A stretch of DNA of 64,000 nucleotides from Myxococcota bacterium (GTDB lineage Bacteria > Myxococcota_A > UBA796 > CAJQPC01), in NCBI GenBank assembly GCA_036229005.1, contig JAZAMN010000007.1:1-64000 (forward strand). Reading direction: 5' to 3'. Position numbers and translations under genes: made by a program. The notes beneath the pieces are model-generated. The model was not told the origin of the DNA. It saw only the letters and a program-made list of their open reading frames with translations, and made no database searches. How positions within the stretch are numbered: the first letter of the stretch is position 1; every line of letters begins with the position of its first letter. Positions 37,933-47,436 of this stretch are shown in pieces.

Positions 37933-38601
37933 GTGTCCCTGTCCGCCCCCCTCCATCGCCTCAAGTCCCAGGCCAAGGCGATCAGCCGCCGCGAGGGCCT
38001 GCCCCTCCACGCCGCCCTGGACCGCATCGCTCACCAGGAAGGCTTCCGGAGCTGGAGCCACCTGAGCGCCAGCCAGCGCCCCGACCCCGCCCGCACCTTG
38101 CTCAGCGCGCTCCCCTCCGGCTCCCTGAGCCTGCTCGCTGGGCGTCCACGCCAGGGCAAGACCCGCCTGGGCCTGGAGCTGCTCGCCCTCGCCGCCGCCC
38201 AGCACCCCGCCTGGTTCTTCACCCTGGAGTACACCCCGCGGGATCTACGGGCGCTGGGGATCCGCGGCCTGGAGCGCGTCTGCGTCGACACATCGGACGC
38301 CATCAGTGCCTCTCACGTCCTGCAGGCCCTGCCTTCTGGGGCCGTCGCGGTCATCGACTACCTGCAGCTCCTGGACCAGCATCGCAGCCTGCCTCCCCTG
38401 CAGGAGCAGATCCAGCGGCTACAAGCGGGTGCCCAGGCGCAGGGCCATCGGCTGGTCATCCTCTCCCAGATCGACCGCCGCTTCGAGCTCAGCGGGAGGC
38501 TGCGCCCCACCAGCGAGGACATCCGGATGCCGAACCCCGTGGACCTGGGCCGCTTCGCTCAGATCTGGGTGCTCCACCAGGGGCACCTGGAGCGCTGCTG
38601 A
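37933..38601 (+). CDS. Short DnaB/RecA-fold helicase-like ATPase (PRK05973-like), 222 aa
   Basis: N-terminal LK..AK....ALDRIAH.EGF.SW; Walker A GRPRQGKT, VIDYLQ, SQIDR. Confidence 0.8.
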   Translation: MSLSAPLHRLKSQAKAISRREGLPLHAALDRIAHQEGFRSWSHLSASQRPDPARTLLSALPSGSLSLLAGRPRQGKTRLGLELLALAAAQHPAWFFTLEYTPRDLRALGIRGLERVCVDTSDAISASHVLQALPSGAVAVIDYLQLLDQHRSLPPLQEQIQRLQAGAQAQGHRLVILSQIDRRFELSGRLRPTSEDIRMPNPVDLGRFAQIWVLHQGHLERC

Positions 38602-38678
38602 GGGCCGCTACCGTGCCTGTCAAGGCGCTCGCCTCGCTCGGCCGTTGACAGTGCCCGTAGGCCGGCAGGATAGCCGGC

Positions 38679-40415
38679 CTACTCAAAGTACCCCAGCGCC
38701 TTGAGCGCGGCCTCATCCACCCCGGCCTGACCGCTCCCCCACTCCAGCCCCAGCACCAGGGTGTCCCGACTCTCCGGGCCCCGGGTGCGCGGGCCGAGCA
38801 GGATCTCGCCGGGCAGGTCCTGGGCGGGGGCGATGCCCAGCAGCGCCTGGAGGGTGGGGCCGATGTCCAGCATGTCGACAGTGCCCAGGTCCTGACCAGC
38901 CGGGATGCCGGGGCCCATCGCCAGAAAGACCCCCGCAGGGTCGTGGTCGCCGGTGAAGGGCTCGTCTTCGACCCGGACGTAGTCGGCCATGCGCTCCCCA
39001 TCGACCAGGGTCTGCTCCAGGCGCGCCGGGTCGGGGGTCTCATCGCGCAGGGACAGGCCCAGTGTGTCCTCGCTGGTGGGCATCAGCTCCCACTCGTAGA
39101 GCGGCAGACCCCGATGGTCGATGAGTTGGGCCAACTCCCGCTCGACGTCAGACAGATCCGCTCCCTCTGCTGTCAGGGTGAGCCGGATGCCCAGCCGGCT
39201 GATCTGCACAGGGACCCCCAGGCGCTCGCTCAGGCGGGCCTGCAGCCGGTCGGTCAGGGGCACGAGCTGCAGCGCGGAGTCGGGCATGGGCCGGAAGCCG
39301 TGGTCGCTCAGGATGACGACGGTGGTGTCGGGGCCCACGCGCTCCAGGACCTGCCCCAGGATGAGGTCCGCCTGGCGATAGGCGTCCCGCACGGACTCGC
39401 CGTAGAGCTCCTGCTGGCCATAGTCGACCTCGGAGAAGGCCTCGGGCTGGTGGTACTTCCAGAAGCGGTGGGCCAGGCCGTCGGTGGCGTACCAGGTGAA
39501 GGTCGCGAGCTCCGGCTGGTGGGTGTGCAGGGCGTGGATGAACACGTCGCGGTCGATCTGTCCCCGGAGTTCGTGCAGAGCGGCAAAGCGCGCGTCGTCG
39601 TCGGGGTGCTCGCTGCGCTCCCGGAGCTTCCAGCGGATGGCCTCCCAGAGCGTCCCCACCCGCAGCCCCTGGGGAATCCCCGCCAAGGCCAGCTCGGTCG
39701 AGGAGCGCTGCGCCGCGATGTTCCGCCGCTTGAGCCGGTTGGACAGCTCCAGCTCCTTCACGAAGGACAGCTCCATGGGGAAGGTCTCGGGCCCTGGCGC
39801 CAGCCACGCCGGCACGATGAAGCCATCCACGGGGCGCGGCGGGTAGCTCACCAGCCACTTGTAGATGCCCACCGAGTAGCCCTCGGCCTCCGCGATGTCC
39901 CAGAGCCGCGGCACCCGCGCCGAGGTCGCCTGCACATGAAAGCCGCGGATCCCGTGCTCTTCTGGCGGCTTGCCCGAGGCCATGGTCGTCCACAGCAGCG
40001 GCGAGAACATGGGGTCCATCGACTCCAGTACGGCCCGCGTGCCCTGGATCTCCACCCGCTCAAACGCAGGCAGCTCCCCGGCCGCCATGCGCGCATCCAG
40101 CACCTCGAAGGTCGCGCCGTCCACCCCAAAGACCAGCAGCTTGACGGGGTCCGGAGCGGGCTCGGGTCGGAGGAGGAGCGCCAGGGCCCAGACAATGGGC
40201 AGGCCCACCACTCCGGCTCCTCGGCCCGCGGGCTCGCGCCCCACCACAGCCCCCACCCCACCAGCGAGGACACCCGGGAGCAGAACCCCCAGCCCCAGAT
40301 ACAGCCCCGGCCGGTCCAGGAACCAGGGGTTGTGCCACAGCGCCCAGCTCGCGAAGGCCAGGCCCGGCAGGCAGGCCAACACGAAGGCGGCGATCGCCGC
40401 GCGCGAGGCCCTCAC
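38679..40415 (-). CDS. Membrane-anchored AlkP-superfamily phosphodiesterase/nucleotide pyrophosphatase-like protein, 578 aa
   Basis: N-terminal TMs; GVDGA, SPLLWTTMASG, D...H, SDHGF, GDH; C-terminal LKALGY. Confidence 0.85.
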   Translation of the reverse strand: MRASRAAIAAFVLACLPGLAFASWALWHNPWFLDRPGLYLGLGVLLPGVLAGGVGAVVGREPAGRGAGVVGLPIVWALALLLRPEPAPDPVKLLVFGVDGATFEVLDARMAAGELPAFERVEIQGTRAVLESMDPMFSPLLWTTMASGKPPEEHGIRGFHVQATSARVPRLWDIAEAEGYSVGIYKWLVSYPPRPVDGFIVPAWLAPGPETFPMELSFVKELELSNRLKRRNIAAQRSSTELALAGIPQGLRVGTLWEAIRWKLRERSEHPDDDARFAALHELRGQIDRDVFIHALHTHQPELATFTWYATDGLAHRFWKYHQPEAFSEVDYGQQELYGESVRDAYRQADLILGQVLERVGPDTTVVILSDHGFRPMPDSALQLVPLTDRLQARLSERLGVPVQISRLGIRLTLTAEGADLSDVERELAQLIDHRGLPLYEWELMPTSEDTLGLSLRDETPDPARLEQTLVDGERMADYVRVEDEPFTGDHDPAGVFLAMGPGIPAGQDLGTVDMLDIGPTLQALLGIAPAQDLPGEILLGPRTRGPESRDTLVLGLEWGSGQAGVDEAALKALGYFE

Positions 40416-41350
40416 GGCGCCTCCAGGAAGCGGCCGGGCTCGAACTCATCCCAGAAGTGCCAGTCCCCCGGCCACTGGTGCAGGCAGCGCCCCAGGAACT
40501 CGGCGATGAACTCGGCCCCCTGATCCAGCGCCGCCTTGGTGGGCAGGCTGCGGTCCAGCGGCAGCGGCGCCCCGATCTCGGAGACCCAACCCTTGGCCTC
40601 CCGATGGGTGACCAGGGTCAGCAATGGTGCCCCCGACTTGAGCGCGAACCACACGCCCCCCACCGGCAGCCGCATGCGCTGCCCCAGCACCGCCTTGGGG
40701 ATGCGTCGGCCCATCTCCTTGCCGCCGCCCGTGCCGTCGCAGGCCGTCAGGACCACCTGGTTGTCGGCGAGCGCCCGCAGCACCGGGCGCACGTAGCCCC
40801 CACCGTCCAGGATCTGCCCCGGGATGTCCTTCTCCAGCGCATGGCGCAGCGCCGTGACCCGCGCCCCCTCGGCCGAGATCGGTCCTTCAACACCGCCTCC
40901 CCCGACCTGCAGCACCGGAACCCCCCGAGCGCCCAGCTCACAGAGCGGAAGCTGCGCCGGCCCCATGTGCGGGTGGATCAGCACGGCCCCCCTGCCCTGC
41001 GCGCGCGCCGCCTCCAGGTGCTCAAGCCCCCGGATCTCCAGGTACGCGCTCCCCTGTCCCGCCGCGATCCGCGCGAAGGTCCAGGAGATGTACTGGTCCA
41101 CAAAGTGCGTCTCAAAGACCTGCCGCACGATGGGATCCAGGTCCCGCCCCGGGAAGGCCCGCGCCAGGTTGCGCCGGAGCTGTGCGCCCTTGCCCCGCGC
41201 CCCGACGGCGGCGAGCTGCCCCAGGCGACGGTTCGCGCGCAGCTCCCACCCCGCGGGGAGCCGCCCGAGCGCCTCGCGATAGGGACCCCAGATCACCTTC
41301 CGGTACAGGTCCTTGATGGGGGATTCACCGAATACCAAGCGCGCGCTCAC
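40412..41350 (-). CDS. LpxL/HtrB-family lipid acyltransferase-like protein, 312 aa
   Basis: RRNL..AFP, GLEHL......GRG....H.G, FAL.SGAP, P.DW.FW; the catalytic segment is atypical (HMGPAQ). Confidence 0.75.
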   Translation of the reverse strand: MSARLVFGESPIKDLYRKVIWGPYREALGRLPAGWELRANRRLGQLAAVGARGKGAQLRRNLARAFPGRDLDPIVRQVFETHFVDQYISWTFARIAAGQGSAYLEIRGLEHLEAARAQGRGAVLIHPHMGPAQLPLCELGARGVPVLQVGGGGVEGPISAEGARVTALRHALEKDIPGQILDGGGYVRPVLRALADNQVVLTACDGTGGGKEMGRRIPKAVLGQRMRLPVGGVWFALKSGAPLLTLVTHREAKGWVSEIGAPLPLDRSLPTKAALDQGAEFIAEFLGRCLHQWPGDWHFWDEFEPGRFLEAP

Positions 41351-41445
41351 GTCGTTCTGCCCCCATTCATAGCCCGACCGGCGCCGCGAGCCCGTGCAAG
41401 CCCTGTGCGCCCTGGCACAATCAAGACTCTCCCAGCCCCAAGCCC

Positions 41446-43785
41446 ATGTCCACAGTGCTCGAACTCCAACACGCCCGGGTCGATCTCCAGACCGGCGCGG
41501 TCCTGCGCGGCGACGGCGCTCGCCTCAGCCTCACCGACGTCGAGCGCCGCCTGCTCGCCTTCCTGGCCGAGCGCCCCGATCAGGTGGTCAGCCGCGAGAC
41601 CCTGCTCCAGGAGGTCTGGGAGCTCCACCCAACCACCCTCACCCGCGCCGTCGACACCGCGGTCAGGCGCCTGCGCAAGAAGGTGGAGCAGGAGCCCGCA
41701 AAGCCCCGCCACGTGCGCACCGAGCACGGCCTGGGGTACCGCTTCCTCCCCCTCAGCCCGCCCAACGGCCGCGAGTGCCTGATCGCCTGGCTGCTCGCCT
41801 CCGAAGAGCCCCTGATCACCCTGGTCGGCCCCAGCGGCATGGGCAAGACCTGGGTGCTGGAGCACGCCTTCTCCGGGCCCGACGTCGCCTGGGTGACCCT
41901 CGAAGGGTGCAGCGACGCCGAGACGCTGTGGGCCACGTTCGCCAGCCAGCTGGAGCGGCCGATGCCCCGCCCGGGCGCCAAGGCCCTCCTCTCCGGCCTC
42001 CGCGGCCGCAGCACCCTGGTCCTGGACGGCGTCGACGGGGCGCGCGCGCTGCTGGCTCCCCTGCTTCAGTCTGTCCTCGCCGAGGCCCCGGAGCTCAAGG
42101 TGCGGGTGAGCGCCCACGCGCCCCTGGAGGTGGACCCGGAGAGTGTTCGCGCCATCGAGCCCCTCCCCCCCGGACCCTCGCTGCGGCTCTTCGAGACCCA
42201 CGCAGGCGGCGAGCACCCCATGGCCGATGAGCTCCTGCCTCTGCTCGACGGCTACCCCCTCGCCCTGGAGATCGTCGGGCGCTGGCTGCGTCGGGCGGCC
42301 TGGGAGGGGGAGAAGGATCTCCTGGAGCAGCTCCTCCCGTCCCTACCGTCTCTGCACCCTGGGCCCGCGCGCCAACAGACACTGCGCGCCGCCGTCGAGG
42401 TCACCCTGTCGCGCCTCGACGCGGACGCCCGGACCCTCCTGCAGCGCCTGGGGACCCTGCAGCGCCCCTTCACCCTGCGGGACCTGTTGCTGATCTCCGG
42501 CGCGCCCCAGGCCCAGACCATGGCGAGCTTCGCTGCCCTGCAGGACGCGGCGCTGCTGCGCGCACAGGATGCCCGCTGGCGGGTGTACCCCGTGGTCCAG
42601 GCCTGCCTGAACCCCACCGCCCTGGACCTGGAGCACCACGCCCGCTTCGTCGAGACCCGCGCCGCGGAGCTGGTCGGACAGGTCTACCGCTCTCCCGAAG
42701 CCCTGCGCGCCCAGCAGACCCTGCTCCCGGATCTGATGCTGGCCCTGCGCACCCTGGGCCCCCTCTGTCCCGAGCGCGCCGCCCGCCTGAGCGAAGACAT
42801 GTGCATGAGCATGCTCAGCCAGCTCCCCAGCGACCAGATGCTGGCGATCTACTCGCGCCCCTGGGTCAAGGAGGTCAGCCCGGCGCTGCAGGCGCTGTTG
42901 ATGGCCCGGCGCGCCGAGCTCCTGCGCATCCAGGGCAACACACCGGCCGCCCTGGAGACCACCCGACAGGCCCGGGAGCAGCTCGGGGAGAACTCCCCGC
43001 TCGTGATGGTCGAGGCGATGGTCGCGCACGGCAAGCAGGACCGGGCCCGAGCCGCGGCGCTCTATCAGAAGGTCGCAGAGATGGACCCGGCGCCCCGCCA
43101 GCAGGTGATCGCCCGGATCGGCCTGGCCTACTGCCACGCTCCGGACCCCGAAGACCTGCCAGCGGCCCTCAAGGAGCTCCGCGCCGCCCAGCTCCTGGCC
43201 CGCAGCGCCGACATCCCCATGATCGAGGCCGTGCCTCTGCGCCTGGCCTCCCACTTGGAGTCCGCGCTGGGCAACCACGCCGTGGCGCGCGCCGACAACG
43301 CCCACGCGCTGGAGATCTTCGAGGCCTTCGGGGACGAGCGCTACCAGGCGGACACCCACTGGAACGGCGGCTTCATCGAGCTGAACCTGGGGCGCCTGGA
43401 GCAGGCGCGCGCCCACTTCGCGCGGGCCCTGGAGATGACCGAGCTGCTGCAGATCTCCCTCATCGATGTGCTCGCCCTGACCGGCTTGGGCCAGACCGCT
43501 GCCCTGGCGGGAGACCGGGACCTGGCGCTCAGGCACCTGGACGGAGCGATCCACCGCGCCCGCGCCCAGGGAGTCGAGATGCGCGCGATCCCGGCGATGT
43601 CCTGGGCGGCCGTCCTGCGCCATCGCGCCGGAGAGCAGGCGCTCTCCCAGGAGCTCATCCAGCACAGCGAGGCCTTGGCCCCCGCGCCAGTGGTGGTCGC
43701 CGCCAAGGCCCTGATCGCGGGTGCACCGCTGCCCGAGAGCAGGGACCCGGACGCCCGCCTGATCTCCCGCCTCCAGAGCGCCTGA
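41446..43785 (+). CDS. OmpR-type winged-helix + P-loop ATPase + TPR-like regulator, 779 aa
   Basis: VSRETLLQEVW...RAVD..VRRLRKK.E..P..P....T..G.GY; GPSGMGKT; LVLD; LDGYPLALE; helical repeats. Confidence 0.88.
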   Translation: MSTVLELQHARVDLQTGAVLRGDGARLSLTDVERRLLAFLAERPDQVVSRETLLQEVWELHPTTLTRAVDTAVRRLRKKVEQEPAKPRHVRTEHGLGYRFLPLSPPNGRECLIAWLLASEEPLITLVGPSGMGKTWVLEHAFSGPDVAWVTLEGCSDAETLWATFASQLERPMPRPGAKALLSGLRGRSTLVLDGVDGARALLAPLLQSVLAEAPELKVRVSAHAPLEVDPESVRAIEPLPPGPSLRLFETHAGGEHPMADELLPLLDGYPLALEIVGRWLRRAAWEGEKDLLEQLLPSLPSLHPGPARQQTLRAAVEVTLSRLDADARTLLQRLGTLQRPFTLRDLLLISGAPQAQTMASFAALQDAALLRAQDARWRVYPVVQACLNPTALDLEHHARFVETRAAELVGQVYRSPEALRAQQTLLPDLMLALRTLGPLCPERAARLSEDMCMSMLSQLPSDQMLAIYSRPWVKEVSPALQALLMARRAELLRIQGNTPAALETTRQAREQLGENSPLVMVEAMVAHGKQDRARAAALYQKVAEMDPAPRQQVIARIGLAYCHAPDPEDLPAALKELRAAQLLARSADIPMIEAVPLRLASHLESALGNHAVARADNAHALEIFEAFGDERYQADTHWNGGFIELNLGRLEQARAHFARALEMTELLQISLIDVLALTGLGQTAALAGDRDLALRHLDGAIHRARAQGVEMRAIPAMSWAAVLRHRAGEQALSQELIQHSEALAPAPVVVAAKALIAGAPLPESRDPDARLISRLQSA

Positions 43786-43804
43786 ACCCCTCAGGCAGCC
43801 TCAG

Positions 43805-45676
43805 CTACTCCATGTAGCCGAGCGCTTCGAGCATCGCGCGGTCCTCGGGGGAGAGCTCCGCGCCCGAGCGCTCCGCGTCACCGGAGAGCAGCGCATCCGC
43901 CTGCTGGGAGAGCGCCTGCACCTCCATCGGGAACAACGCGGCCTGGTCGCGGTCTGTCACGGGGCAGAGCGCGCAGGTGGGCTGCGTCTGCTCCATCCCC
44001 TGGACCTCGCCCGCGGGGTCCGCCTCCCAGCGGTACAGCGCATCGCCAAAGGCCTCCGACTCCCGCCGCACAAAGAGGCTGTCCTGGCTGCGCAGGCCGA
44101 CCAGCCGCAGGGTGGGCCGCTGGGTGGGGTCCAGCTCACGGGCGGCCAGGTTGGCCTCGCGGTCGTAGGCCAGGCCTCGGGCGACGCTGCGTCCCTCCCA
44201 GCTCCCGGCCAGCGAGTCCCCCGCCACGGACTCCGGCGCCGGGACCTCCAGCAGCTCGTAGACGGTGGGCGCCAGATCCGAGATCTCCACCAGCCCGCTC
44301 ACCCGCGTGCCCGGCTCGATGTGCCCCGGGTAGCGCATGGCGACGGGGATGTGGGTCGACGCGTCGAAGAGGTCGTCGCCGTGGTTGAACCAGACGCCGT
44401 GCTCGCCCAGCGACTCTCCGTGGTCCGCGCTGATCAGCACCAGCGTGTCCTCGCCGGGGCCCACGGCGTCAAGGAGCCTGCCGAGCTGCGCATCCGCGAA
44501 GGTGATCTCCGCGTCGTACTGGGCCACGACCCAGTCCACATCCCGGACCCCCTCCAGGCTGCGCTCCAGGTAGGGCGCGACGTTCTGGACCTGGGCCATC
44601 GAGTCGTGGGCGGGGTCCCGCGGATCCCCCGCGTAGTAGAGCGTGTCGTAGGGCGGCGGCGGGGTGTAGGGCCCGTGGGCGTCGAACAGATGCACCCACA
44701 ACATCCAGGGTCCCTGCTGCTTCTCCAACCACGAGATGGCCTGGTCGACGGTGAGGTCCCCTCGGCGCTCCAGCACCTGGTTGGGGCTCATCCGACGGCG
44801 CGCGGCGGCCTGCACCCGCCCCGGCAACAGGCGCTCCCAGCCCGGCAGTGCCGAGAAGTCGTCGTCATAGACCTCGAAGCCCTGGGAGAAGCCGTACTTT
44901 CCATCCAGAACGTAGGCGCTCACGAACGCGCCCGTGCTGTAGCCCTGCGCCCGCAGGCTCTGGGCCAGGGTCTGGCGATCCCGGGGCATGGGGATGCCGT
45001 TGAGCAGCGTGTCGTGGTCCCAGGTCCCGCTGCCGGTCATCAGGCTGGTGTGGGAGGGCCCGGTCACGGCGATCGGCGCGATGGCGGCCTCGAAGAGCGC
45101 CCCCTGGGCGGCCAGGGCGTCAAAGTGCGGGCTGGTGGGTCGCTCGTAGCCGTACGCGCTCATGTGGTCCGCGCGGGTCGTGTCCAGGGTGACGATGAGG
45201 AGGTTGTCCCCGCCCCCACCTGGGCCCACCTCCGGCAAGCTGTCCCGATGCGACATCGCAAAGACCGGGGCGACAGCGAGGCCACTCCAAGCCAGCACGG
45301 GCAGCCTGCGCATCGCGGACCAGAGCCCGGCCAGGACCCCCACCAGCCCCAGCGCGGCCAGGATCGAGCCGCTGTACCAGGGCGGCTCCTGGAAAGGCGG
45401 CGGGTCGGTCACCACCGCCAGGGCGCCTGCCACGCCCAGCAAAAAGAGTGCAGCCGCCCCGATCCCGCCCCGCACGCTGCGCTCGGGGGCGATCACCGCT
45501 GCGGGGAGGCTGGCGAGCGCCACCACCACGGTCCCGCTGACCAGCAGCGAAGCGGGGCTCTGAATCCACAGGCGCCCCAGGCCGAGCAGGCCCAAGGCCT
45601 CGGACAGACCGGCGATCGCGCCCATCGCCAGGGCACCGCCAAGACAGGCTTTCGACAGATTTTGTGTGACAGACAT
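43805..45676 (-). CDS. Membrane-anchored sulfatase-like (AlkP superfamily) hydrolase/transferase, 623 aa
   Basis: N-terminal TMs; TLDTTRADH, VTGPSHTSLMTG, DAHGPY, ADHGE; C-terminal LEALGY. Confidence 0.88.
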   Translation of the reverse strand: MSVTQNLSKACLGGALAMGAIAGLSEALGLLGLGRLWIQSPASLLVSGTVVVALASLPAAVIAPERSVRGGIGAAALFLLGVAGALAVVTDPPPFQEPPWYSGSILAALGLVGVLAGLWSAMRRLPVLAWSGLAVAPVFAMSHRDSLPEVGPGGGGDNLLIVTLDTTRADHMSAYGYERPTSPHFDALAAQGALFEAAIAPIAVTGPSHTSLMTGSGTWDHDTLLNGIPMPRDRQTLAQSLRAQGYSTGAFVSAYVLDGKYGFSQGFEVYDDDFSALPGWERLLPGRVQAAARRRMSPNQVLERRGDLTVDQAISWLEKQQGPWMLWVHLFDAHGPYTPPPPYDTLYYAGDPRDPAHDSMAQVQNVAPYLERSLEGVRDVDWVVAQYDAEITFADAQLGRLLDAVGPGEDTLVLISADHGESLGEHGVWFNHGDDLFDASTHIPVAMRYPGHIEPGTRVSGLVEISDLAPTVYELLEVPAPESVAGDSLAGSWEGRSVARGLAYDREANLAARELDPTQRPTLRLVGLRSQDSLFVRRESEAFGDALYRWEADPAGEVQGMEQTQPTCALCPVTDRDQAALFPMEVQALSQQADALLSGDAERSGAELSPEDRAMLEALGYME

Positions 45677-45777
45677 CGCAGACCTGATAGCGCGCGCCCA
45701 CTCATTCTTGCTTGCAAAAGGAAGACGACTCGGGCAACTTCCCGCGTTGCCCCGGAACGCCTCCTGGGAGGAGCCCC

Positions 45778-47436
45778 ATGATCCGACGACTGGTCCGCAA
45801 CACGGCCCCCCTCGCCATCCTCGGTGCCGTGTTCATGGCCCCCTCTCTCGCCTTCGCCCAGGACGTCGCGATCGCGCCCATCCTGCCCAAGGCGGGTGTG
45901 GACCAGAAGGTGGCCAACAACGTGACCTCGCTGGTCTCCTCCGAGCTGGACTTCTCGTCCTCCTACGAGATGGCCACGGAGCTGGACTCCAAGCCCAGCA
46001 GCCTCACGCTCTCCTGCCTGAACAAGGCGAGCTGCCTCAAGGCCATCGGCCGCAACGCCGGGACCGACTTCCTGGTGGCCGGCTCCATCGCCAACGCCGG
46101 CGAAGAGTACGACCTCTACCTGGTGCTGCTCGACGTCAACCAGGGCACCTACGTCCGCAAGGTCACCCGCAAGGTGGACAGCTCCCCCTCCGGTCTGGCC
46201 GACGCCATGGGCGGCGTGGTGCGCGAGCTGACCACCGGCGAGACCCCGGGCCAGAAGGCGGACGCGACCGCCTCCGTCGACGACTTCGACATGTTCTCCG
46301 ACGAGGACTTCGACTTCGGCAGCGACTCCAGCGGCGGCCGCCTGGACACGCCGGGCAACTCCAGCGCCAGCCTGGACGACTTCGAGGACGAGCCCGACGA
46401 CTGGGAGCTCGAAGAGCAGCGCCGCCGCGCGGAGGAAGAGGAGGCCCGCCGCCGCGCTGAGGCCGAGGCCCGCCGCAAGGAGGAGGACGCCCGCCGCCGC
46501 GCCCAGGAGGAGGAGGCCCGCCGCCGCGCCGACGAGGAGCGTCGCCAGGCTGAGGCTGAGGCCCGCCGCCGCGAAGAGGAGGCCCGCCGCCGCGAAGAGG
46601 CCGAGCGCCGCCGCGCCGAGGAGGAGGCCGCCGCCCTCGACGACATCAGCTTCGGCAGCGTCGACCCCGACGACATCGAGGTCGAGATCGACGACATCAG
46701 CTTCGGCGACGCGAGCTCCGAGATCGAGCTGGTGGACGACGACCCCCTGGACTACGACGACTACGATCTGGACGCCCTGGACGACCCCCGGGACAGCCGC
46801 AGCAGCAACAGCTCCCGGGACCGCGACTACAGCAGCAGCAGCTCCGACCGCGACCGCGACCGCGACAGCGTCTCCAGCCTGGACGGCCCCGGCTCCGAGG
46901 CCACCATCCGCGGCGAGCGCGGCGCGAACGACCCCCGCTTCGGCGTCATCGCCCGGGCCGGGTACGCCAAGTTCCAGAGCTTCGACTTCTTCACCTACGG
47001 GGCCGAGCTGTCCATCCCCGTCGGCGACGTCTTCTTCCTGGACATCGGGCTCGCCGGGTACACCACCCAGCGCGACGTGCCCATCATCATCCAGAACCCC
47101 GACGGGACCAGCTCCATCCAGGGCTTCGAGCAGGAGCTGAACACCATCGCGCCCTTCAACTTCGGCGTGAAGTACCAGCCCACGGACCGGCCCTTCCGCC
47201 CCTACATCGGCGCGGACGTGACCATCACGCCCTACACCGTCAGCCCCAACTTCCGCATGGCCCCCGGCCTGCGCGCACGCGGTGGCTTCGACTACATGGT
47301 CAGCTCCAGCTTCGGCCTGAACGTCGACCTCTCCGCCGGCTTCTGGTACGGCGATGAGTTCTCGGTGGTCGACAAGGACCTGCAGCCCCTCGGTGGCGTG
47401 CCCTCGCTGTCCCTGGGCTCCATCATCCTCTTCTGA
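45778..47436 (+). CDS. Exported protein: N-terminal alpha/beta domain, E/R-rich helix, acidic linkers, C-terminal OmpW/OmpA-like barrel, 552 aa
   Basis: GAGGAG SD, signal ending AFA; EEEARRR repeats; FRPYIGA strand and C-terminal Phe. Confidence 0.75.
   Translation: MIRRLVRNTAPLAILGAVFMAPSLAFAQDVAIAPILPKAGVDQKVANNVTSLVSSELDFSSSYEMATELDSKPSSLTLSCLNKASCLKAIGRNAGTDFLVAGSIANAGEEYDLYLVLLDVNQGTYVRKVTRKVDSSPSGLADAMGGVVRELTTGETPGQKADATASVDDFDMFSDEDFDFGSDSSGGRLDTPGNSSASLDDFEDEPDDWELEEQRRRAEEEEARRRAEAEARRKEEDARRRAQEEEARRRADEERRQAEAEARRREEEARRREEAERRRAEEEAAALDDISFGSVDPDDIEVEIDDISFGDASSEIELVDDDPLDYDDYDLDALDDPRDSRSSNSSRDRDYSSSSSDRDRDRDSVSSLDGPGSEATIRGERGANDPRFGVIARAGYAKFQSFDFFTYGAELSIPVGDVFFLDIGLAGYTTQRDVPIIIQNPDGTSSIQGFEQELNTIAPFNFGVKYQPTDRPFRPYIGADVTITPYTVSPNFRMAPGLRARGGFDYMVSSSFGLNVDLSAGFWYGDEFSVVDKDLQPLGGVPSLSLGSIILF

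Noticed and set aside
37714..38601. Replication origin or prophage replication module at the DnaB-like gene
   Set aside because: No DnaA boxes, AT-rich unwinding region, integrase or phage genes.
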